DNA from: a virus
DNA length: 64,000 bases
IMG/VR virus record: IMGVR_UViG_3300001336_000010
Span: 11,286-75,285 of that record
Strand: one strand, 5' to 3'
Position numbers and translations under genes: made by a program. Position 1 is the first letter of the stretch; each line of letters opens with the position of its first letter. This document shows positions 9,533 through 18,841 of the stretch, piece after piece. Below the pieces are notes generated by a model that was not told the DNA's origin, made no database searches, and was given only the letters and a program-made list of their open reading frames with translations.

Positions 9533-9753
9533 GCCGGCAACTCCTTGGCCAGCTGCTCGGGCCGGGACAGGAAGCGACCGTTCGAGCCGATCTTCTTGGT
9601 CGGGGTGCGCCGGCGGTTTTTCTTCGTCGACAGCTCACGGAACCCACTTGGGTTCATGGCTGCCATCTCGGCCCATAGGGCTATCTTGGTCAGAGCATCT
9701 CCCTTCCCATGCAGGGGGATGTGGACCGGGGCGAACTTACGCCGCTGCAGCAT
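9529..9753 (-). CDS. Hypothetical basic protein
   Basis: ATG at 9753 with GAGGAG upstream; C-terminal part of ORF 9529..10011. Confidence 0.55.
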   Translation of the reverse strand: MLQRRKFAPVHIPLHGKGDALTKIALWAEMAAMNPSGFRELSTKKNRRRTPTKKIGSNGRFLSRPEQLAKELPA

Positions 9754-12268
9754 ACTGCTTCTCCTCAAAAAGGTAGTGGATGACCTGCTGGATTTGTTCG
9801 TCATCCAGCCTCTGGTCCTTAGTCTCAGCGGGGAGCCAGCCCTCCAGGGCAGGAGCCTCGTCGAGTTCGATTTGCCCCAGAGGGGCCCGCTCTGGGTGGT
9901 AGGGCTCGAAAGTCCGACCCATAGAGGCGGTTGCGTCAACAGCCAGGTTGCTGATGATTTCGGGATGGTGGCACATGGCCGTCTTGACCAGTTTGATGAA
10001 CTCGATCGCATCGTCGCGGTGGACCGAGAAAACCAATTCGTCGTGGATCGGGATCATGAACCGGGCGCGCAGGCCACGGGCCTTGATCTGCTTGTTGATC
10101 TCCAGGATCGACCGCTTGGCCAGTGTGGCGCAGCTGCCTTGGATCATCGAGTTGACGATCTGGTTGCCAGCACGGTTGGTGAGCTTGCGGACGAACAGGT
10201 TCCCGAAGTTGGCCAGACCCTGCTGGTCTGTGGACTCCCACCGGGAGCGCCACATGTGTTGCCATTGGTAGCTGGCTTCAAACTTTTGCCGACGGTGGCC
10301 ATCTGGCAAGGTCACAAAGCCTTTGTCCCGGGCCTCGTTGATCAGATCAACGCGCCACTGCTCGGCTTCAGGGAAGGTCTCGCGGTAGGCTGCGGTCATC
10401 TCCCACATCTTTTCGGAGGACCAGCCCATAGCTTCGCCGGTGGTGTTGAGGGCTCCAGAATACCAGTAGCCGAAGTTGCTCACCTTACCGACCTTGCCGC
10501 GAAGATCCTTGGTGACCTCAGAGACGAGGATCCCGAACATATCGGCGGCAGCTTTTTTGTGGAGATCCTTGAAAGGGATCTGGCCGTAGGCTTCCTTGAA
10601 GCCTTCGTCGCCCGAGAACTCACCGATCAGAACCAGCTCGATCTGAGACCAGTCTACCGAAACGATCACATGGTCGTCTTCATCCGGGAGATAGAAACCG
10701 CGGATGTAGGTGCTTTCTCCCTTCTTGGCCAGCTGCATCGGGTTGGGGAAAGACGCTGCCATCCGCCGGCTGTTCAACTGCGAACTGACCACGGGGTAGA
10801 CCCGCTGAGTTTCGGGGTCGCACAGCTGCAGATAGGGGGTCAGATACAGCTTCATGCGCTGCTCGATCCCCGCCATGTCGTTCAGGATTTTGATCAGAGG
10901 AGCGACATACTCGTTCTTCTTCTCCAACTTCTCCCGAGCATCCTTGTCCGAGGCGACCTTCCCCTTGGAGTAGATCGGTTTGATCCCTGGCAGGTCGTAC
11001 ATCAGGGTCCGCATCATCATGTAGTGCGAGAAGTTGGGCCCCTTCGGCTTGGGCAAGCCCCGTTCCCCGGCCCAGGCGTTCGACACCGCGCCAGCCGTGG
11101 TCGCGGCGACCTCGAACAGATCGTGGCTGTGGGCCGGCAGATCCTTGGTGGCCCAGGCCGTGATCCGGTCACGGTAGGTCTTGCCCCGGCTCTTACCGTA
11201 CCAGGTCTCGTTCATCAGCCACTGGTTCGGTTCCTCTGGGAACGGCAGCATCTCCCGAACCAGGGCCTGGAGCTCAATGACCTTCTCGGCATAGTGGTCG
11301 CGTTCAATGGCGCGGCGCTTGTGAACCTGATCCAGGTTGATCCGCATCCCCTTCTGCCAGATCTCCGAGAACACATAGATCATCGGATTTTCCTGCTCAA
11401 AGAAGGTGTTGAGCAGTTTATCGTTCTGATACATCAGCATCGGCAGCAGGCGGTGGAAGATCTTCACGGCCCAGTAGGCATCGTCAGCGCCGTAGGCAGC
11501 GACCTCCTCGCCCGTCAGCTGGCCCATATGGGCCTTGCCGTTCAACACCTGGTCAAACGTGGTCTGCTCATAGTAGAACAGGCTCTTGACCAGCTTCTTC
11601 AGGCCGTAGCCATAGGCCAGGTCTTTGACCATTGCGTTGTAGCTGAACGAACTGGAGGTCGTCTTGCCGATGATCTTTCCCAGCAAGTCGGCTTGCTTCT
11701 CTGTCAGCTCCCCGTAGGGGTCCATATCCGAGAAAGTGGCGCCGATAGCCGCAAGCATGTTGCGCATGCCTCCGAAGCCCTCTCCGATCATCTTGCCGGG
11801 TTCGTACTGATCTTCGTTGAATGCCGAGACGGCCATTTGGAGGGTGCAGATGACGTTCTCGAGCTCATAACCGAGCGAGGTGTTCATCATCGTGATTTCG
11901 AACGGCCCATTGTGGCAGATCCAGTGAGCCCCCTCAGGCTTGGCGTCTAGGATCTGGCGGGCCTCTTCCCAAGGGATCCGGTTCTCTACGTCTGCATGGG
12001 CCAGGTTGAGATAGTAGGCGGTTTCGCCTTCATCACAGTACCAGGAGAAACCTGTGACGGTGGTACGACGGGTGTCGAAGATCAGTTTCTTTGCCTTCGA
12101 CTTGTGGCCATCGTCGTTGACTTTCATAAACTGGTTCAGACCTTCGTGGCGATCGGCGTCCTGGGTCTCGATGTCGAAACCAACCAGGCCAGCGGTAGAA
12201 ATCTCCTCGAGAAGATCCTCCTTGATGTGCTCCCAATTACGGGCATCTACCAGAGTGGATTTGATCAT
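9737..12268 (-). CDS. Family A DNA polymerase with 3'-5' exonuclease domain
   Basis: GFDIET exo I, YGADDA exo III, VDWSQIEL motif A, KVSNFGYWY motif B, IHDEL motif C. Confidence 0.95.
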   Translation of the reverse strand: MIKSTLVDARNWEHIKEDLLEEISTAGLVGFDIETQDADRHEGLNQFMKVNDDGHKSKAKKLIFDTRRTTVTGFSWYCDEGETAYYLNLAHADVENRIPWEEARQILDAKPEGAHWICHNGPFEITMMNTSLGYELENVICTLQMAVSAFNEDQYEPGKMIGEGFGGMRNMLAAIGATFSDMDPYGELTEKQADLLGKIIGKTTSSSFSYNAMVKDLAYGYGLKKLVKSLFYYEQTTFDQVLNGKAHMGQLTGEEVAAYGADDAYWAVKIFHRLLPMLMYQNDKLLNTFFEQENPMIYVFSEIWQKGMRINLDQVHKRRAIERDHYAEKVIELQALVREMLPFPEEPNQWLMNETWYGKSRGKTYRDRITAWATKDLPAHSHDLFEVAATTAGAVSNAWAGERGLPKPKGPNFSHYMMMRTLMYDLPGIKPIYSKGKVASDKDAREKLEKKNEYVAPLIKILNDMAGIEQRMKLYLTPYLQLCDPETQRVYPVVSSQLNSRRMAASFPNPMQLAKKGESTYIRGFYLPDEDDHVIVSVDWSQIELVLIGEFSGDEGFKEAYGQIPFKDLHKKAAADMFGILVSEVTKDLRGKVGKVSNFGYWYSGALNTTGEAMGWSSEKMWEMTAAYRETFPEAEQWRVDLINEARDKGFVTLPDGHRRQKFEASYQWQHMWRSRWESTDQQGLANFGNLFVRKLTNRAGNQIVNSMIQGSCATLAKRSILEINKQIKARGLRARFMIPIHDELVFSVHRDDAIEFIKLVKTAMCHHPEIISNLAVDATASMGRTFEPYHPERAPLGQIELDEAPALEGWLPAETKDQRLDDEQIQQVIHYLFEEKQYAAAA

Positions 12269-12359
12269 GACTTATCCTATCAGGCACGAGGCCTGTTGTC
12301 TGAAACAGCAGTGTGAGGAAAGTTGCGCGCCCAACCTGGGGCTGAGCGCGCGGGGTGAA

Positions 12360-13046
12360 TTACTTCACCAGCTCGAAGCTGACAGTGCCCCAGTTGTTGC
12401 CGTTGTGTTCGATCTCCTTGGCGATGACATTCACCTTGATGACCTGGTCAGTCTTGCCCTGGTCGTCCATCGCCTCGTAGAAGTCCGACCAGTCGCTGAA
12501 GCGCGACGGGGCCGACGTATCATAGCCGATGATCGTGCCGGCCGGGATCGTTTCTTCCTTGAGCTTGATGTCCTTGGTCAGGGTCAGCTTGATCTCGGCT
12601 GCGAAATAGGGCTCTGCGTTGCCGCCGGAAGCCTGCCGTGCCTTCATCAGAGCGTCGTGCCAGGAGCCGCCCTTGTTGCAGGTCACGCCGTCATAGGACG
12701 ACAGATACTGCGCCGGGTTGCCGAAGCGGACAGTGTGCTTCAGCTGGAAGCCGCGGCCTTCGTTCATGTCGAGCTCGGCTTCGAAGTCCTGGATCAGATC
12801 CTTGTTCTTGCCGACCCGGAAACCGTACTCGGTCGGCTTCAGGTAGAGGGTGCTGCGGGGCAGCAGGCCAGTCGCGGCCTGGACGCTTTTCATCGACGGC
12901 TTGGCGAAAGTCACGGCATGGCCGTTGCTGTTCACGTTGCCTTCGATCAGGTCAGTGCCGGGGGTGGCTGCTGCCTGGCTTTCATCGGCGGCCATTTTCT
13001 CGGCGGCGGCGGAAGCTTGGTTGATCGCGTCTTGAATAGATGCCAT
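12360..13046 (-). CDS. Conserved replication-module protein, possibly ssDNA-binding
   Basis: 228 aa, strongly biased codons, between polymerase and helicase; function from position only. Confidence 0.5.
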   Translation of the reverse strand: MASIQDAINQASAAAEKMAADESQAAATPGTDLIEGNVNSNGHAVTFAKPSMKSVQAATGLLPRSTLYLKPTEYGFRVGKNKDLIQDFEAELDMNEGRGFQLKHTVRFGNPAQYLSSYDGVTCNKGGSWHDALMKARQASGGNAEPYFAAEIKLTLTKDIKLKEETIPAGTIIGYDTSAPSRFSDWSDFYEAMDDQGKTDQVIKVNVIAKEIEHNGNNWGTVSFELVK

Positions 13047-13207
13047 GTTATTTAGTCCTTAGTCAGGGTTGGTTGCTACGAATGATCTCTTTGGCTGGGA
13101 ACGTGAGGGGGAAGCTCCAACTTCCCCCTCACACCATCCGAGGAGCATGCCGACAGTGTATCGACACGGCTACTAATGATTGATTTGAGATCAACAATCA
13201 ATCACTT

Positions 13208-13241
13208 TGTCCGACTTAATTTCCGGAAATCAAGTCGGACA
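13208..13241. repeat. 34-bp near-perfect palindrome centred on ATTTCCGGAAAT
   Basis: TGTCCGACTTAATTTCCGGAAATCAAGTCGGACA, one mismatched pair. Confidence 0.9.
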
Positions 13242-14652
13242 TTCTCAAGGCTCCACTCTGCTTCGGCTTCGGAAGCGGCTTCGCCTTCTTGCTGGACTGC
13301 TTGAGCTTGATCCGCTCTTTGGTCTCGTCGACCGAGTGCGCGAGGGCCGACTTCTTGTCGACGATCTCGAAGATCTTCTGGTCCATGCTGTTCTCGTATT
13401 CCATCACGGTGATCAGCAGGGGAGTCTCACGCTTGCCGCGGATGGCGCGGCGGTATGCCTGGACGAAGCTGCTGTCCATGTAATCCAGCGAGATGAAGAT
13501 GATGTGGTCCACATGAGGCCAGTTGAAGCCCACGCCGGCCGTCGCGGCCGAGGCGATCACGATGTCCAGCTCACCAGCTTGGAACGCCGCGTCGATCTCG
13601 GACCGCTTCTTCGACGAGACCCGGCCGTCGATCATGCCGACCCGGAACCCCATCTTCTTGCATTGCGCCACGAGGCGGTCGTGCTGCTCAGTCAGCGCCG
13701 AGAAGATGACCAGTGGTTTGCCAGTGCGCTTGTGATCCTCCAAGTGGATCTGCAGGCGTTCTTCCTTGCCAGTGGTCTTGATCTTGTCGAGCGGCGGGCC
13801 GAAGGCCTGGGGATGCTCCATCAACTGGCGACACCGGATCAGGTTCACCCCTGGAAGGGTGCCGTCCAGAAAGCTCTCCTCGAGCTCGAGCAGGGCGGTC
13901 TCCTCGAACTCAGTGTAGAACTCGCGCTGTTTGGGGTCCATCTCGCAGAGCTCGTGGACGATCACCTTGGCCTCGGGGCCGTAGGCTTCCTCGAAGGTGT
14001 GCCGGATGGCGAAGTTCTTGAACAAGGCGCCAACCATCGGGGCCTTCTGCCAGGCCACGACGCGCCCGTAGTCGTCCTCGATCGCGTGGCGCATCTTGAA
14101 GTGGAAGTGGTTCTGGTAGGCCCCCGGCGCACACAGCTGGATCAGCGGAAAGGCTGTGTCCAGGCGACCGTCGATGATGGTGCCTGTCATAGCCACGAGG
14201 TAGGTGGTTCGTTCCATGAAAGCGTAGAGCGATTGTGTCCGCTGCGACTCGTCGGATTTGAACCCCATGTGCCATTCGTCACCGATCAGACAATCGATGT
14301 CAGGATGATACTCAACCAGGGTTTGCCAGTTGCGGGCGAAGCAGTCGAAGCCCATCAGGAAGACCTTGGCGTCGGACCGCATCTGCTGGTCACGCTTGGT
14401 CGGCGTCCCATCGACGATGACCACGTCCTGCTCGTCGAAGTGATCGTTCCACTGCAGGAGCTCGTCCCGGTTTTTCTTCAGCAGAGACTTGGGCATCGTC
14501 CAGATGGTTCGGACGCCTTTCTCTCTGTAGAGCCACCCCATGAAAACGCAGACAGGAGCCGTTTTACCGACTCCGGGGTCACTGAAATTCCCTGTTCTGG
14601 GTTTCAGCATCATGAAGGCTAGGTCTGCGACCTGGTAATCTCGTAGTTCCAT
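13216..14652 (-). CDS. SF2 (SNF2-like) DNA helicase
   Basis: LRDYQ, DPGVGKT, IGDEWH, AMTGT, AGVGFN, QAYRRAIR. Confidence 0.92.
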   Translation of the reverse strand: MELRDYQVADLAFMMLKPRTGNFSDPGVGKTAPVCVFMGWLYREKGVRTIWTMPKSLLKKNRDELLQWNDHFDEQDVVIVDGTPTKRDQQMRSDAKVFLMGFDCFARNWQTLVEYHPDIDCLIGDEWHMGFKSDESQRTQSLYAFMERTTYLVAMTGTIIDGRLDTAFPLIQLCAPGAYQNHFHFKMRHAIEDDYGRVVAWQKAPMVGALFKNFAIRHTFEEAYGPEAKVIVHELCEMDPKQREFYTEFEETALLELEESFLDGTLPGVNLIRCRQLMEHPQAFGPPLDKIKTTGKEERLQIHLEDHKRTGKPLVIFSALTEQHDRLVAQCKKMGFRVGMIDGRVSSKKRSEIDAAFQAGELDIVIASAATAGVGFNWPHVDHIIFISLDYMDSSFVQAYRRAIRGKRETPLLITVMEYENSMDQKIFEIVDKKSALAHSVDETKERIKLKQSSKKAKPLPKPKQSGALRMSDLISGN

Positions 14653-14679
14653 ATGATCCTCTCGGATGGTTTGTGAATA

Positions 14680-15384
14680 TCAGGAGCGTTCGCGTATCTG
14701 TCTCGTGCGGCGATCCTCTCTGGTTTCCCATGGCGCATCGAGTTCTTCTCGACGAGCGTATCGTCGGATCAGGGTCGCCCCGAGGTTTTCCAAAGGAAGC
14801 ATCGTCAGATCCGAAAGGTCGAACTTTCTGATCTGTGTCTGGATCCTTTGAATGGGGGGGCGGGTGATAACCTCCGGTCGACCGACCAGGACTACCGGTC
14901 TGGCCACATACATCGAGAGCTTTCCGATTGTATCGACAAGTGATTGAGCCTTCTGGTCAACCTGGGTCAGAATTAGCGGCTGGATATTGGTGGCATTCAA
15001 TTCCTTTTCCAACTGCGTCATTTTCATTAACCAAGCGGGTCTGATTATTTGCTTAATGGGAGAACTCAGACGGGAAAGATTGGTCAGATAATAGGCCAGG
15101 GACTCCTCTGGGTCTTCAACATAGAAGACCCCTTGACCTGCCGGTTTGGGAATGGGCAGCATCGCTTGGACCAGTGGGTCTGGGAAGATCTGCATGAAGG
15201 TTTCCCAGTGGATCCGATCCGGCACCGGCGCCGCGGCGGGCACCAGGTGGTTGCACATCCCTCCTTTGACCTCGAAGGGACAAGTGCCTTTCAAACCAAC
15301 AAAATTGTTTCCCTTTCTCCCTTGGACCAGCCAGGCCACGGCGCCATCCCAGTGGATTCCGTAGCTCTCGACGAGCTGGGTCAT
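14680..15384 (-). CDS. Hypothetical protein
   Basis: 234-aa ORF, lower GC than flanks. Confidence 0.65.
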   Translation of the reverse strand: MTQLVESYGIHWDGAVAWLVQGRKGNNFVGLKGTCPFEVKGGMCNHLVPAAAPVPDRIHWETFMQIFPDPLVQAMLPIPKPAGQGVFYVEDPEESLAYYLTNLSRLSSPIKQIIRPAWLMKMTQLEKELNATNIQPLILTQVDQKAQSLVDTIGKLSMYVARPVVLVGRPEVITRPPIQRIQTQIRKFDLSDLTMLPLENLGATLIRRYARREELDAPWETREDRRTRQIRERS

Positions 15385-15539
15385 GCTGCCTCCTCTCGAG
15401 CTACAAAGGCCGCGGCGAGTCGCCCAGCCTTTCCCTTGTCATTGAAGGCCATTGATTTCAGAGACACCAGGTAGTGGTGGTGGCCTAGATGGTAGGCCCT
15501 GACAAAAGTCCAGTATCGTTTCAGTTGCGTGTCAACCAT
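15381..15539 (-). CDS. Small hypothetical protein
   Basis: ATG at 15539 preceded by GGAGG; stop overlaps next start. Confidence 0.5.
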   Translation of the reverse strand: MVDTQLKRYWTFVRAYHLGHHHYLVSLKSMAFNDKGKAGRLAAAFVAREEAA

Positions 15540-15918
15540 CGTTGTCCTCCAGTATATTCCCGATCTTTGTCTGAGTGTATGCGGCAATGTCCAGCAAATC
15601 CAGCAACTCGATTTCAGTTGTGCCTTGTTCGACCTTGCGCAACTTTATTACCGACCAGCCGAGATCGTTTGCAGCGTCGGTCACACCAACATCCATCTTG
15701 TGGCGAAAAGTGTAAAGATGTACTCCGATCCTGGTGTGGGTGCGGCTGAGAGATTTCTTGTTCCGCAGGGTGCGAGGGCGGCGTGGGATGTTGTTTTCCA
15801 CCAGGATTTGAGAGACCCTCTTCTCAGAAAGGCCATAGCACCGGGCCAGTTCGTGAAGCTGCTTTCCATCCTGGTAGTCTTGGCAGATGTAGTTGTCCCG
15901 CTCGATGTTGCTCGTCAT
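15532..15918 (-). CDS. Tandem helix-turn-helix protein (Mor-like + XRE-like)
   Basis: LHELARCYGLSEKRVSQIL and DAANDLGWSVIKLRKVEQG. Confidence 0.7.
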   Translation of the reverse strand: MTSNIERDNYICQDYQDGKQLHELARCYGLSEKRVSQILVENNIPRRPRTLRNKKSLSRTHTRIGVHLYTFRHKMDVGVTDAANDLGWSVIKLRKVEQGTTEIELLDLLDIAAYTQTKIGNILEDNDG

Positions 15919-15926
15919 GATCGTCC

Positions 15927-16501
15927 TTATAGAATTCGTTTTACACTTTGTTTTACACTTTTGGATTTTCCCCTTCTTCCTTGGGCTTCCTTCGACATCG
16001 ATTTTCGATGTGCTTGGGCCCTATATTTCTGTGCCATTTCGAGCGTCCGGTGACCGGTGACGGCCTGGATCTCAGCGTCCGTTGCCCCGGTCTCGGCCAG
16101 CTCCTGGGCCGCGTTGTAGCGCCATCCGTGGATGACGTATTTCTCGGCCCCGATCCTGGTTCGGATCTCATGGATCCGGGTCTGGACCGCTCGTTTTGAA
16201 AGCGACCCACTGGTCTTTCTTCCTGGAAAGATCGGTCCCTGCTTCTTTCGAAAGGGAGCCAGGTATTCCTGAAGTCGCCGAGGGCAGTATACTTGGACGA
16301 CCGATAGTAATCGTCGATCAGATTGTTGAACGTGGTTTTCACGTTCTTGTCACCGGTGCCCAACCGGGCTTTCCAGTAGGCAACAGCAAACTCGGGGGTC
16401 TCCGGGTTGTCCGGAAGGCGGACGCTCTGTTCCCCCCTCCGGAAATAGTAGTAGGTCTTCCCTCTGGATTTGACCGGCTGGATGTATTTCAGCTTCACCA
16501 T
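15927..16501 (-). pseudogene. Tyrosine integrase remnant (internal deletion plus frameshift near 16280)
   Basis: N-term KTYYYFRRG..RLPDNPETPEF..AY in one frame; IHGWRYNAA..TGHRTLEMAQKY catalytic end in another; core missing. Confidence 0.85.
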
Positions 16502-16665
16502 GCAAAGCTTTCTCCAGACGTGTCACCAGAGAGGCGCTTCTCCATCTCGCTGACGTTCCACCGCGGGTGCTTGCCCCCAATGAAGGTCGGCGGCGGGACC
16601 GCTCCCGCGTCCACCAGATCCTGGAACTCTTTGATTTTCATATCGAGAAGTTGGGCGGTCATCAT
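16495..16665 (-). CDS. Excisionase/AlpA-like small protein
   Basis: Manual translation MMTAQLLDMKIKEFQDLVDAGAVPPPTFIGGKHPRWNVSEME; directly upstream of integrase. Confidence 0.65.
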   Translation of the reverse strand: MMTAQLLDMKIKEFQDLVDAGAVPPPTFIGGKHPRWNVSEMEKRLSGDTSGESFAW

Positions 16666-16689
16666 GAGATCCTCTCGGATGAGGTGGGG

Positions 16690-16905
16690 TCAGGCGACCT
16701 TTCTGAACGGATAGTCCTCCGGCCGGGACTTGATCAAGGCGTTGAAGCTGCGACCGACTGACGCAGCCGTGACGATCTCGTCGTGCAGTTCCGGGGGCAC
16801 GTTGTCGTAGTGGTATTCGGCCCCGCTGTTGAAGCGGACGCCCAGGACGTTGCCCTCATGGGCCACAGCGTCGATGTTGCTGCTGTCAACTTTCTGATAG
16901 ATCAT
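16690..16905 (-). CDS. KTSC domain protein
   Basis: VDSSNIDAVAH..LGVRFNSGAEYHYDNVP..A.SVGRSFN..IK. Confidence 0.88.
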   Translation of the reverse strand: MIYQKVDSSNIDAVAHEGNVLGVRFNSGAEYHYDNVPPELHDEIVTAASVGRSFNALIKSRPEDYPFRKVA

Positions 16906-17168
16906 GGTTTTCTCCAGTATCCAAGACATTCAGGGTGGGTTTTGTGGCCTCCGAAGTAGTACCCCTCGGGGGCCTTCTCATTCAGGCGACGGACCATGTC
17001 GAGATACAGGTCTACCCCCGCCTGGCTCTCCCACCACGGATCGAACGGCGGAAGGAGAGTTTGCTTGTAGCCGGCCAGGAGCCTGGACAGCTTGTGGACC
17101 ACTGGTCCAAGATCGCCTTCAAACTCGGCGATCAGTTCGTCTGTGAAAACTTGGCGGTCATTTGTCAT
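16902..17168 (-). CDS. Hypothetical protein
   Basis: ORF ending LNEKAPEGYYFGGH...CLGYW; ATG at 17168. Confidence 0.65.
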   Translation of the reverse strand: MTNDRQVFTDELIAEFEGDLGPVVHKLSRLLAGYKQTLLPPFDPWWESQAGVDLYLDMVRRLNEKAPEGYYFGGHKTHPECLGYWRKP

Positions 17169-17271
17169 TTCCAGAAATATACCACAGTCTGACTTGCTCA
17201 CCACACTAATATACTTGATTTCCGGAAATCAAAACACTACCGTCCCGACACCATCTGAGCAAAGGACTACT

Positions 17272-17646
17272 ATGACCCTCACCTTTCAGAAGAGTATGTC
17301 GATGACTGACGAAAACCTGACCTTGAAAGCCGCCGATCTTGTGGCTGCTTACGTCTCTCACAACACGATCAGTGCCTCCGAGCTCCCGGATCTACTGAAC
17401 AAGGTCATCCAGACCTTGCACCAGAGGGGCGAAGCACAAGGCCCCCAGCCGGCGGTGCCGATCGAGGACTCTGTGCATGACGACTATCTGGTCTGTCTGG
17501 AAGACGGAGAGAAGGTGGTCCTCCTCTCCCGGTATTTGAAGTCACATTTTGAAATGACACCAGAGGACTATCGCACCAAGTGGGGGCTCCCAGAGGATTA
17601 CCCGTGGATGAACGCATTCATTTCCGCGACAGAATTGAATTCATAG
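17272..17646 (+). CDS. MucR/Ros family protein, C-terminally truncated and divergent
   Basis: ADLVAAYVSHN..ELPDL, PAVP..SV.DDYLVCLEDG, MTPEDYRTKWGLPEDYP; AAAGGA RBS before ATG 17272. Confidence 0.85.
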   Translation: MTLTFQKSMSMTDENLTLKAADLVAAYVSHNTISASELPDLLNKVIQTLHQRGEAQGPQPAVPIEDSVHDDYLVCLEDGEKVVLLSRYLKSHFEMTPEDYRTKWGLPEDYPWMNAFISATELNS

Positions 17647-17780
17647 AGCTTGACCTGGCCGATGCGCGAAAGCGCATCGACCGAGGTTTCCCCGCCGTTG
17701 TAGGCGTCGACAGCGTCGACACCGAACACGACGGCGATTTCAAGCGGCGAATTTTTCCATTTCCAATTTCTTGGTTGCAT
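17598..17780 (-). CDS. Hypothetical protein, probably truncated where it meets the MucR gene
   Basis: 60-aa ORF whose 3' end overlaps the MucR 3' end. Confidence 0.45.
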   Translation of the reverse strand: MQPRNWKWKNSPLEIAVVFGVDAVDAYNGGETSVDALSRIGQVKLYEFNSVAEMNAFIHG

Positions 17781-18507
17781 AGACCATTTCCTTGTCAGGG
17801 TCTTTTTTCAAAGATCCCTTCGCCCGCAGACCCACCACGCAGGGTGAGGGGTCCAAGAAACGAAGGTCATGATCATCACCGTCGATCACTGGAAATCCGA
17901 ACAGGCTGCCACCGATCTCGTCTGTGATCGCAGCGACGTTCATGCCCGCCCGGAGGACTTCCCTGGCGTAATGCTCGTTATTCTCGTGGAGGGAAAAGGT
18001 GAGGTGGTAATTACTTGGCCGGTCACGAAACATCCTCTTGTGGTGCTTCGTGTAGTCGTAGAACTGCGTGTCGGGGAAGTCACGGAAGATTTCCGGAAAT
18101 TGACGCTCCCACTGCCAGTCCGAGAACACGTTCAGCCGGATGGCCGCGTCCTGGTTCCGGCTGATTTCCTTCCGAAGCTGGGCCATGAATTCGTCCCGGG
18201 CCCGGAAGAACCAGATGGTGCGAAAGATCCGCCCCATCCAGATCGGGTTCGATCCGTCCCTGCGGACGAAATGCTCGGCACCGCGGCCGGAAGTGAAGAT
18301 GCAGTGCTTCGTGCATTCGGGGGAACGGGAGGCGCAAACCTCCCATCCCGATATGTCGGCCGGGGCCAGTGACAGGCCCAGACCTTTCCAGTTTTTCTTG
18401 GATGATTTGCGGAGCTTGACGTTCTCGTTGCTCAGCAACTTTTGGGGGCGCCAGCCCGCAACAAAGCGCGCTTCGGCTTCACGCCGAGCGTTGTCGTAGA
18501 TATCCAT
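17740..18507 (-). CDS. GP88-family (radical-SAM-like Cys cluster) protein
   Basis: SLAPA..VC...SPEC..HC, IRLNVFSD, FYDYTK, NYHLTFS, DGDDHDLRFLD, VGLRAKG. Confidence 0.75.
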   Translation of the reverse strand: MDIYDNARREAEARFVAGWRPQKLLSNENVKLRKSSKKNWKGLGLSLAPADISGWEVCASRSPECTKHCIFTSGRGAEHFVRRDGSNPIWMGRIFRTIWFFRARDEFMAQLRKEISRNQDAAIRLNVFSDWQWERQFPEIFRDFPDTQFYDYTKHHKRMFRDRPSNYHLTFSLHENNEHYAREVLRAGMNVAAITDEIGGSLFGFPVIDGDDHDLRFLDPSPCVVGLRAKGSLKKDPDKEMVYATKKLEMEKFAA

Positions 18508-18535
18508 AAGATCCTCGCGGATGAGTGGTTGGGGT

Positions 18536-18841
18536 TTAGTGGAGCAGCTCGTCGATACGGTCGAGATAGATGGCCATCGCCATTGTGAGATCCTTCAGGT
18601 CGGCCTCGCGGGCCATCTCCCGGATCTGGATGTCCTTGCGTGGGGTGAAGTTGGGCTTCACCTCCACTTCGGGTTCGGCCGGTGCCCCGACCAGATCGGT
18701 CAGGACGTCCAGCGCTGGTTGGACCAGGGGTTGAACCTCCTCGTAGCTGGCCTTGTTGGATTGGGCCGACTTGCTGATCAGCTCCAGGGTTTCGACGATT
18801 TTGGCGACCCGCTTCCGGTTCGTGTCGTTGTCAAAGCTCAT
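18536..18841 (-). CDS. Hypothetical protein
   Basis: ORF in early operon. Confidence 0.6.
   Translation of the reverse strand: MSFDNDTNRKRVAKIVETLELISKSAQSNKASYEEVQPLVQPALDVLTDLVGAPAEPEVEVKPNFTPRKDIQIREMAREADLKDLTMAMAIYLDRIDELLH

Noticed and set aside
9545-11950. 801-aa + strand ORF and other long antisense ORFs (985-1749, 13207-14622, 41049-42350, 61588-62946)
   Set aside because: Shadows of GC-biased genes on the opposite strand; no motifs
13208-13241. Palindrome as protelomerase target
   Set aside because: No protelomerase or partition genes seen in the window
1758-17202. 12-bp match GGTGAGCAAGTC (1758) / GACTTGCTCACC (17191)
   Set aside because: Single pair, plausible by chance
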